Source: Lingula anatina (lineage: Eukaryota; Animalia; Brachiopoda). From it: a stretch of 64,000 nt of DNA. Made by a program: the position numbers and the translations under genes. The number at the start of each line of letters is the position of its first letter. Positions within the stretch are counted from its first letter, which is position 1. Below the pieces are notes generated by a model. The model saw only the letters and a list, made by a program, of their open reading frames with translations. It was not told the origin of the DNA and made no database searches. The stretch is taken from NCBI GenBank assembly GCA_051362555.1, contig CM120643.1, forward strand, positions 26,292,848 to 26,356,847, in the 5' to 3' direction. Positions 54,233 to 64,000 of the stretch are shown in pieces.

Positions 54233-55553
54233 TGTAAACTGACCCTAGATAACGAACCATTAACACAGAACAGCATGCTGCTTTTCATTAGGCCCCTACA
54301 TACTGAGTACATAGTGACACATACTTGTACCAGTATTAAACAAGCATTGCCCGGGTAACATGTATTGAGGGCACTGGTCTATTTGACCTCCATCGCCAGC
54401 GTGGAATCCCACTGAAGACATAAGCAAACCGTGGTGGTCCCATCCCATGCATCAAAGGACATGCACCCATTGGGCCAAAAACCAAAAGAAGAATAAATGT
54501 GAGTCAAAGGTTCTGATGTATCTGCCAGATACATAATCATAAGGTCAGTGGAGATTTCTTGATCGTCAAGAAGAGAATGTCCAAGCAGATACTATACAAT
54601 TTATAACTTTGGTTGAGGGCACCTTTTTTCCCGTAGGTCAATTATCCCAACCTCGGGTTGAACCTGGCCTAGAGATAACCGAAACACTAATTCTATAACT
54701 GCTTTGTTACAAGTTCACGAATTTTAAGATAACTGAAAATAATTAAAGTAAATTGAGAAATTATTGTTGGCGCATCTACTAGTATATATCTGTACCAGTA
54801 GTTCATGCAGTGGGATTGAAGATCCAAGATTCAGTTAACAAAGAGGTCAACTCATTGAAATTATTGACCTTAGGTGACTGCCTCTCAACCGATCGGTAAG
54901 CGTTGAAATTCATGATCTTGTACAGTGAAACAATGTTTTTGGTGTAACTATTTTTATGTGACTATAGGCCTAAATGTACACAGTTAGATTTGATGATAAT
55001 GCATCAATCAAAAACAGAAGATAAGAAATTGTCAAAGAGATTTTGAGCGTATTCAGAACTGATGGTCCACGGACTACCTGTGACGGCGCGTATGGAGGCA
55101 ACGAGACCATCAGGGGATTAGCGGCATCGCTTTTAAGTGAGTCGGCCACATTTAGTTCCCGGATCAACTTGTTCTAAATGCGCTCCTTGAAACAGTCTGA
55201 TATTTCCCTGATAGCAGAGATTGACAAATGCTTCTTAAATGCATTAAACTCAAGTTAATCTTTTTTTAAAGCTAAAAAAATGATTTTCCTGGAAACTTCT
55301 ACATTTTCCCTAATCACCAAAATATATTCTGTTCAAAACTGTCGAGAAAAGTATAATCCGTGGACCTATTTCCAAGTTCTTTACTTATTTTTACTGGCAC
55401 GAATGAAAGTCGCCCGTGTATTTTATAAAGAGCGTGGTGTGGCAACGTTGTTTTACATCCCAATTTCCAAAACGCATGGACATCAATACTGCTTTTGGCA
55501 CTGTGAATCAACTTCACTATGTTCATGTTCGTCTTTTTTTTTCAGTGACGATA

Positions 55554-56426
55554 ATGCCTCGCCCAACTTACTACCAACTAATAATGTCCTTCCTGCTGAT
55601 AGCGACATGCCTGTTTGTGGTAATGACCGTCAAGATGCAATGGGAAAGCCAACACCGATGCATCGGAAGGGAAAATTCAAATGATCACACTCAGCTGTTA
55701 AAATACTTTAAGCAACACACAACAAACGAAGAAAAAGAGATTCTCATGGCACTTTTGGCCACTATTGACCAAGTGAGCAAACATAATAATCTGACATATA
55801 TAATGTTTGATGGAACGCTACTTGGATCATACCGACACCATGATATCATTCCTTGGGACGACGACGCCGATGTCTTGTTTAGTGCCAAGGATGAGGCAAG
55901 ACTATTAGAATTGTTGCCAGCTCTTCATCCGGAGTATCGATTTCATTTCAACAGATCTGAAATTCCTATTATCAGGTTCTTCTCCGGGAGGTCTTCCTAT
56001 TCAACAAAACAATGGAAGTGGCCCTACCTCGATATCCTTCTTTATGAGGAAAATGAAACACATATTCGGATTAAGCCATCTGATGATGTCCTCTACGTTC
56101 CAAAAAAGGTAACGTTTCCAGTTCATCGTCGACCACTTGGTCATTTGGAACTGAATGCGCCATACGACTCACTGGCAGTCCTCAAAATCGTCTTTAAAAG
56201 CATCTCATGCCGTAGACAATTTGTGGATCACAAAACGCTCCGAATGACCTCCGAATATATGGTCGATGTTCCGTGCAAAGATTTAGAGGGAAGTATACCA
56301 CTCGTCCACAGAGAGAGAGCTTCCTCGGGGCTCGGAATGAAAGAAACGCTGAAACTCGGAGACACGGTTCTGCAAGAATTAACAGTTGACGAGCCGACCA
56401 ACGCTGTTGGTGAACTTTATATTTAA
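55554..56426 (+). CDS. LicD-family (fukutin/FKRP-related) phosphotransferase, type II membrane, single coding exon
   Basis: N-terminal TM (LIMSFLLIATCLFVVM); GTLLGSYRHHDIIPWDDDADV; WPYLDI; FP...PLG...APYD; splice acceptor TTTTCAG just before ATG 55554. Confidence 0.92.
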   Translation: MPRPTYYQLIMSFLLIATCLFVVMTVKMQWESQHRCIGRENSNDHTQLLKYFKQHTTNEEKEILMALLATIDQVSKHNNLTYIMFDGTLLGSYRHHDIIPWDDDADVLFSAKDEARLLELLPALHPEYRFHFNRSEIPIIRFFSGRSSYSTKQWKWPYLDILLYEENETHIRIKPSDDVLYVPKKVTFPVHRRPLGHLELNAPYDSLAVLKIVFKSISCRRQFVDHKTLRMTSEYMVDVPCKDLEGSIPLVHRERASSGLGMKETLKLGDTVLQELTVDEPTNAVGELYI

Positions 56427-57944
56427 AGATACAAATTTAGTCTATAAGGTGTCCCTCAAGATAGTTTTAAACCATTTCCATTTTCGCGAATGTAATTTCT
56501 GTTTATAGATTTTGCTAAACGAAGTATAAATTAATAGATAAGCCTATTGAAAACCGCTAACCTCAGTAGATGTGGCAAATTTCTGTAAGTCGTCAGTAAA
56601 AAACATAACTCTTTGTCCTCTCAGAACATGTTATACCTTCTTACCCATAAGAAGGCCTATATTGACGGTAATAAGGCTAATTTAATCTTGACATTTTTGT
56701 AGGGACTGGGCTTGGTTGCTTTTATAAAAAAAGTACTCACTCGCGCTCTTCTACCCTTCCTGTGACAGTCACGGTCGAGGTCACAGGAAAGTAGGTGTCA
56801 ATTTGACTGCTCCTATTGGCTTCCCAACACATTAATAGGAATCATGGCACATTGGCAAGGAATATGAAGTTAGTGGACCCAAACGAAATTACTCTGGAAC
56901 ATTTTGGATTTATAACACTCCAAATATTTTACACTCGCAAATATGGAATAGCATGTTCATTTCTAATCAGATTTTTCTACCAGACCTTATGAACTATATA
57001 CGTCAAATGTTTGTTCAGGACCAAAACGATAATGAGTAAAACTGGTTTGCATTGGTAAGTCTGTTCATGCTTGTTACACGTGAACATGATACAGGTACAT
57101 GTACTTGACATAGTGGAGACTAAAATATATAAGAATATGATGAAATTACACAAAATTCAAAATTTACAATTAAAGAACAAATGCTAAACAACCAAAACAA
57201 ATGCTTTAATAATAATAGTAATAACAATAAGAATAATACAGAGAAGGAAGATTGCTAGTATATCTATGTATCTCTATATGTATCATTATAACACTGACGA
57301 GCCTCAGATACCAGTACCAGGAGGAGCACGGAGCAGTCAAAAGAGGCTTTTCATTGAAATTTTGATTTAAATTAAAACGGTTCAGAACACTGGTTTAACA
57401 ATGTTTAAATAACCAAAGACTCAGGTTCCTTGTTTCAAATTTTAACACAGTTAACCAACTTATGTGAATATTTATAACTGTATTGTAACGAAATTTACAA
57501 CTTGTTGAAGAAACGAGGAAACATCAAAATACTCTTACGAAAATTGGCCAATTTTTAAAAATTAACTTATATACTTCAAATGTGTAACCGGTGTGATTAC
57601 ACTAAAAGTGCCGCGTAATAGAAAAAAAAAAACAAATGGAGCGTCTTAATACACTGCTCTTTATTCTTCACACACGAACTACAGGCAGTGGCTCAACGGC
57701 AAGAACGGTCGTCTTTGTGGACTCCCCCAGGGTCTTTATCTAACGTTTTTGAGCACCCTTTTTATACAGAATAGGCACGCACAACGAGTCAGTGAATCAT
57801 ATTTCACTTTCATAAGTAAACTATTGATTATACTTGGACACTGGCTAAATATTATTAATTTATTGAAGAGTAGGCCTATATTTTAACTAGAATACATAAA
57901 CGTTTTCTTCGAGTACATTATCAACATTATAAAATCTATCACTA

Positions 57945-58111
57945 CAGGGGCGGATTTAGGCTGTCTTCTGGGTCTTCTGGAAGACGGTCAGATTTTCAAG
58001 TTTACATTGACGGATGTCTAATTTTTTCTGTCGGATGAATCAACAAATGGAGGATGAATCAACAAAGATAATTTGGAAGACTGTCAGGAAATTTCTCTGG
58101 ATCCGCCCCTG
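57945..58111. mobile_element. 167-bp hAT-like MITE
   Basis: TIR CAGGGGCGGAT / ATCCGCCCCTG; 5-bp direct flanks CACTA. Confidence 0.8.
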
Positions 58112-58533
58112 CACTAGGAATATATCTGTATTTGCCTCGCCCCCAACATTATTACGCTTCAAGGGTATGCAGGTTGCAATACGACCAGACTTCTAACTGG
58201 AAAGACCTATTTAGCCTAAGCGCGAAAAATGAATAGATTGTAACATATCATTATCAAAAAGCTGAATCGTTTACAGATGACTCCGAACTGGATCCGCCAA
58301 TTTTGGTTTACTTCCTGGTCTCTGTTTCCTCGTCACAGTATGCCCTGGTGGTCGCTTGAAATTAAAAGTTTTTGGCTTGACTCATCTTTGTTTCTAATTA
58401 TACGTCGAGTTTCTAGATTAAATTGAATTTCATAAAGATGAGAATGGTTTTGATAACACTGCCGTGTTATCAGTGTTTTATCTGAAAATTACAAAATATT
58501 TATACACCCAATCCATTTTACATTACGATCTAA

Positions 58534-59505
58534 TCAGCAACTTTCAACCTTCAAGCAAACTCTGCATTTTTGTGTTCCCTTTCTAAGATCCGTGTCAATG
58601 AATGCTTCCCGCGGAAACCGCCTTTTACAGCCCATACACTCAGGGCCACCATTGGACAGATACCACGAGGTCCCCAAACCAACACTTTCTTTTGGAGGTA
58701 TAATATTCAGTGGCAAGTACCCATTTCTCTCATAAATGTCATAACGGCGTGCGATTAGCGAACGCTTTAGGTCGACGTAACGCGCTGATGCGACCTTCAA
58801 CCGTCTCATGTCTTCATCGCCCATTTTCATTTTATCGTAGAGGACAAACAAGGTACACACGTCGACGCATGCGTACTTGATCATGTTCTTGGGGATAGGT
58901 CTGATTGCCCATTGATGTGTTGATAGTGGAAAGGTTGAGCCAATAGATTTCTTTACTTCAATGGACGTAACATCGTGGGTGTAAACCTCAAGGCAACGCA
59001 TCAAACTAAATACCTTTTCGCAGAATGCCACGCAGCCTCGTCTTCGATTGATTGGCGAAATATCAGGGTTGTCTCTCTTGCTATGCATGATTTGCAAAAG
59101 CTGTATGTCTTGGACACCGTCGAGTTTCACGCGGAACTGATGCCAAAGGATATCGGAATCTTCGCGGCAGTCGAACATCAGCTTCTCGCGTGTTGGGTCC
59201 TCCAGAATTTCGCGAAGTCCGCGATCAAAAACAATAGCTCCAAGCTTGAGGACATCAAACAGGAACGCGTGGTCTCTTGTTGCAATGGCAATTAAAGACA
59301 GCTTCCCTTTTCTGGAATAATTATCGCCTTCGCCATCGACAGCTAGATTTGGGCCTTCTTTACGCACACTTCTCAGTATTTTAAGTGCAGACTCTAGATC
59401 CTCTTGAGTGTCAACCAAGGTGTAATCTGCGGCGCCATCTGCTGGGGGTTTATAAATACCCGATGGTCCTGCTGTAGCGCCTCCCTTGAATTTTTCGTCG
59501 GTCAT
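58534..59505 (-). CDS. DEDDy 3'-5' exonuclease, EXD1/Egalitarian-like, with C-terminal CxxC-x20-CxxC zinc finger
   Basis: AVDGEG...SRKGKLSLIAIAT...FLFDV...LREILED...KLMFDCREDSDIL...DIQL...WAIRP...YACVDV; ends CMGC...CRVC. An in-frame acceptor 18 nt upstream allows an N-terminal extension. Confidence 0.9.
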   Translation of the reverse strand: MTDEKFKGGATAGPSGIYKPPADGAADYTLVDTQEDLESALKILRSVRKEGPNLAVDGEGDNYSRKGKLSLIAIATRDHAFLFDVLKLGAIVFDRGLREILEDPTREKLMFDCREDSDILWHQFRVKLDGVQDIQLLQIMHSKRDNPDISPINRRRGCVAFCEKVFSLMRCLEVYTHDVTSIEVKKSIGSTFPLSTHQWAIRPIPKNMIKYACVDVCTLFVLYDKMKMGDEDMRRLKVASARYVDLKRSLIARRYDIYERNGYLPLNIIPPKESVGLGTSWYLSNGGPECMGCKRRFPREAFIDTDLRKGTQKCRVCLKVESC

Positions 59506-60419
59506 CCTCTGTTGAGATTGCTCCTTTGAAAAAAACCGAAAACAAAAAAATAATTAAAAACCTACCAAGGTCAATCAAATTTGAAGAAATTTGCTGGACA
59601 TAAACTTCAGTGCGTGCATGATCATTCCCAGAAGTTTCAGTTATCTCGGCTTTGCATTAAATTATGTTCTTTTCAAAATATGCTCGAAATGGCCTCCTCA
59701 GCATTGGAGGTACACATTATCATAGAGATACCCCCACAGAAAATGATTTTTTATGTTTTTTATGGGGGGGGGGGCACCCTGTATGTCTTCCATTTTGAGT
59801 CTGGGTTATCAAATTGAGTCTTATTATTTCCCGCTAGTCAGGCATAGCCGTTGACTACTGAGTCGGCTGTCACTTAAGTTCGTTACGTACGGTACCTAGC
59901 CGTCTTTCAAACTACTAACATTATATATGTTTTTTGATATTGTTTTTATTAGTTCAATAGCTAATAGGCTTCCAATTTCGTAGTTTGTCTATGATGCATG
60001 ACTTGTCAGGTTTTCATCTTGCTTTTAATAAAAGATCGTTGTGTGCACAATTTATTCCTTCCATAATGCAATCTACAAATTATATGAACTCTCACATTCC
60101 AAGAAACAACATTCCAAGAAATATCAAACTGTCATTCGTGACACAAGGTGCAGTAAAACAATAACAAAAAAGTAAGGGAATGCACTGTTACCACTGGCAT
60201 GATAAAACATCAGCATACGCCATGTGTAGCCAAATGTGCAATGAACAAGTTTCCGAGAAATGGTTCTGCCACACCTAGCGTTAAGATGTACGCATGAATA
60301 TTGCATGTGACATCAATTATACGTACAACTTTGAGCGTGTGAAATTACCATGTTTCCAGTGTATTAAAATGAAGATAAATCAATTGATCTTGATCATGCT
60401 TAAAACATTTTATTCCCTC

Positions 60420-61660
60420 CTGGTATACGAACGTACATCAACTTCGCGTTCGTGCTAGATGTATACGGCGTAATTTTAACGATCCCTTAGCATTTGTCTG
60501 CGTATGAGGAACTTTTCTCACCCCTCAGTGCTATACACTATGCGTTAGGTGTTGCATTGCCTTAAGGCCCTGTCACACTAAGGCGTATTTCTCCAACGTA
60601 TCAGGAAATTTACATATCCGCAGACAAACGCAAGGGCTTCGTTCGTATACGTTCCGCGTAATATATAAGAATACGTTTGAGAATGTTCAAAATGTTTCAG
60701 CGTATACGAGCGTTACCCTTACGTTAGGGTCTTAGGGATACGCCAGGCATACGGTTGAATTACGTAAAAAAGTACGTTTCCCATACGGTGACCGATGTAG
60801 CCTGGCCCTTGCTTAGCCATAAATAACGCCGAGGTCGCGAATTAGTAACGTATTGAATGTATCTGTAACGATCGATTAACGTGTTTAACGTACGGCTAAC
60901 GCTTGATTGGCGTTGGAAAACTTATCCCATCGCTTTGTAATCTGTGGTATAAATGTACTACCATTTCACATTATCATCATAGCTTTACCAGTTGGAAAGG
61001 ATGGGAAGGTGGCTCTTTTACAACACCGATCTAGTTGGTGGTCCACTAACTATTACTATGATTTAGCTCAAAAAAGAACTACATTAAATTGTTGCTAAAG
61101 CCAAAAATGAACTGTAATTCGTATAAACGTCAATATCACAACTTAAACGTTACCAAAACGGACAAAAAAATTGGCATTGTCACACTATAGCGCATTGCAC
61201 TAACGTAGGAAATACTCAAACAAAGGCAGTAGGTTCGTTATTTGTTATGCCGTATACGTTTTGCATACGCATGCAAACGTTGGTATACGCTTACTTACGT
61301 AGAAGAAGGAAAAGATTTTTGAGCATGTTCACATATTTTCAGCGTATGCACACGTTTGAGTCGTGCGTTACCCATGCGTTTTGGATACGCTAGGCATGCA
61401 GCGAATAAGCTTAACTGACGTTAAACATACCTATCATCTACACTTCTAATGCGGTGTTTTTATATGTGCAGTGTACGGATAGCGTATACGCAACGTAATA
61501 CTGACGAACTAGTAACGCATATGACGTGTCTCTAACGATTAATTACCGTAAATAAAAGTATTTCTGTCGTACATTAATACATCCTTTGGGTATATTTGGG
61601 TATATTTATCGAACGCCTTTTGCGTTTACCTAATGCACGATTACCGTATGACAGACGATT
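60420..61660. mobile_element. Cluster of non-autonomous Harbinger-like fragments
   Basis: Related units start GGCCCTGTCACACTA (60566) and GGCATTGTCACACTA (about 61173); TACG/CGTA-rich interiors; an inverted fragment at 60420-60510. Confidence 0.55.
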
Positions 61661-62123
61661 CCTCTGCGTTCAAATATACTGTGTACAGTCTTGATAAGCA
61701 AGGCCATAGGTGGGGCATAAAAAACAAAATGTATGATTAGGTAAAGCAATAGTGGCAATATGACTTTTGAAAAAAACTTTTCTTACTGATAATCCCAACG
61801 AGCAGACAGTTTTTTTTATGAAAGAGCTGTATGACATGCATGACGCCATGCCGGGTAAGGTATTGACTCAATTCAATTTTGATCTGTTGCGTAGTTGGTA
61901 AAGGATAGAGATTTATGACCATCCCCGCCTAACTATCGTTTTAAAGAGAAAAGAAATTTAATTGACTTTATGATAATGACGCGCAATAAGGCGTTGTCAA
62001 AATCGATCGCCAATTCTAAACTATTCGGGATTTTTAAGCAAAAGGTAATTTGCTCGGACACACGAGAGTTTGCATTCGTTTTCGGGGCCAGCTGATTCTT
62101 GTGGTGAACTGACATGCGTCATC

Positions 62124-62372
62124 TGGGATTTGAACTCGTGACTTGTAGTTGTCATGGTTTGCTGATGGCTTATATTTTTTTGCAACCAAGCACGCTGCCG
62201 ACTACACCGTGACTGACCCACCCACCCGCCGTATGTACGAGTTTCCTCTTATAGTAACCAAACGCAATTTTTCGAGCGACAAAAAATAACATTGGAAATC
62301 TCAGGATTCGAGCTTACACATCCGTGTCTACCTGTGCCCAAGTCGGCGACGTTACCACGGAGCCACAGACGC
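62124..62372 (-). repeat. Two degenerate tRNA-like/SINE heads
   Basis: Minus strand shows A-box-like then B-box-like motifs twice (GGTGTAGTCGG...GTTCAAATCC; TGGCTCCGTGG...GCTCGAATCC). No clean cloverleaf. Confidence 0.4.
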
Positions 62373-62619
62373 TTCGTTGGTTAGTTGTGGATCAAATGGA
62401 AACTTTCTACTTTCTCACAGAGAGGGCCAGTTGGGCTGTACAGGTATGTATCTGCCATAACAATCAATAGGCCGTGAACAGCACTATGTATTTCATCCCG
62501 CGCACCGCCAGTTTGTGAAATTGTTATCATCAACAACGTTAAAATTCATCATGTTCACGAGCACTTATTTGAAAAGCCGAAACGGAGGGTTCCTAGATAG
62601 ATTACTTTTTTTACTATGA

Positions 62620-63130
62620 CAGGCGCGGATCCAGGATTTTTGAAGGGGGGAGAGAATCCGCGAATGCGAAGTCGACCTCCCCCCCCCCCCCCCCCCCCCC
62701 CCCCCCGTGGATTGGGGTCCGCTGAAGGGTCTAGAAAAATATTGGTATTTTTGAGTTCGAACGGTGGCACTTGGTACGGTTTAGAACTATATATGATTCA
62801 GCTAGTCAAAATTCTAATTTCAAGAGGAGACCATTGTTGTGATATTTTTCAGAAATCGAAGGGGGGGGTCAGCCCCCCCCCCCCCCGACACCCCCTAAAT
62901 TCGCCACTGTTTGCCGTGTCACTTTACCGGGTTGCCCTTGTGGTGGGGTTTGGGGCCTGCTAAAAGGCCTCAAAATATTTTGGTGTCTTGTAGGTCATTT
63001 GGACCTGTTAAGAATTATAAATCAGCTAATTTAAACTCTTATTTCGAGAGGGGAATATTAGTGTTATTTTTTTCAGAAACCGCAGGGGGGGGGTCAGGAC
63101 CCCCCTGACCCCCTCTAAATCCGCCACTGC
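62620..63130. mobile_element. hAT-like MITE(s) with G/C-run subterminal repeats
   Basis: CAGGCGCGGATCCAGG at 62620; right-end motifs CCCCCTAAATTCGCCACTG (about 62909) and CTAAATCCGCCACTG (about 63130). Confidence 0.6.
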
Positions 63131-63155
63131 ACACTCACTCACACACACACACATA

Positions 63156-63196
<41 letters not shown>

Positions 63197-64000
63197 AAAG
63201 TTACGCCACTTATTCAAAAATTTCCTCCAAAAGTTTGATATTCTGTGCTTACTTTATATTACACGTACAGAATACATAAATGTCTGTGTGTTATATATCA
63301 ACAAAGGTGGAAATGTGAATTAATGACATCATCCAAGTTATCTCCATGGAAGTTATTTTTTAACCTTAAATGAAAGGGGGAGGGTATAAACAGATAAATG
63401 ATGAGCATTTTTTTTTAGGTGTGCCTCATTTATTGCCGGACTTTTCGTAGAAGTCAACCCGCTTATCTTAAATACACACCTTCGCAGAAAAGAGATTGAG
63501 ATTAAATCGACACCGTCTCTATTGCATGTAGTCGATAACGAGAGCTTTTGAAATTAACTTTTGTTGTTCACCGCCGCATAGGCCAGCATATGTAGACAGC
63601 CAGTGGCTGGGTTCACAGGGTTAAATTCCCTTCCTAAGCCTTGGATGTACCCTTTCTACCCCCACCCCACCCCCACAAAAAAACATAACAACTGTAACAG
63701 GTGGTTATTCATAGCCATTTAGGTTAGCTCTCATTGGCAGACGACCTCAAGAGTTTACGTGTACCTACACAAGTTTCAAGTTATAATCTTCCTTATCCTT
63801 CAACTGGAGTCGCAGAGAGATTTTTTACTTGTTACCCACACGCATTTCTCTGGCTATTTACTAGCTATGGGCATTTCTGGCCGACGAGGGGTTTACTACT
63901 ATATTATCACTGGTCCCAGATCCAAGAATATCTGAAGTCTACAGATGCAAAGCCGACCCGCCCCCCCTCCGTTGGCGTGGGGTACGGGGCCCTCTGAAGG

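Noticed and set aside
55416-55553. N-terminal 46 aa of the 336-aa LicD ORF in the track
   Set aside because: Starts at a non-ATG codon and crosses a clear splice acceptor (55545); ATG 55554 precedes the TM anchor.
62555-62963. Poly-Pro and poly-Gly ORFs
   Set aside because: They arise from C/G homopolymer runs in hAT-like MITE ends.

Overview
AT-rich, intron-containing animal genomic DNA; gene content and repeat types suggest a marine invertebrate, possibly a lophotrochozoan (inference). Manual splicing supports nine protein-coding genes: Mpv17-like (-), SLC9A8/NHE8 (+), RNF166-like (+), a short coiled-coil protein with a CEP290-like C-terminus (-), IMPA (+), a carbohydrate sulfotransferase (+), a GPI-anchored quiver/Ly6 protein (+, with an upstream pseudogene copy), a LicD-family transferase (+) and an EXD1/Egalitarian-like 3'-5' exonuclease with a C-terminal zinc finger (-). 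SLC9A8 has an AT-AC minor intron holding two Helentron-type elements, and two paralogous last exons. The most unusual object is a 3.84-kb element (50391-54232) with perfect 31-bp TIRs and a 7-bp TSD. It has no visible transposase but appears to carry inward-facing promoters, convergent spliced non-coding units and intronic H/ACA-like hairpins. All exon boundaries, folds and homologies were read by eye or recalled; no searches were run.
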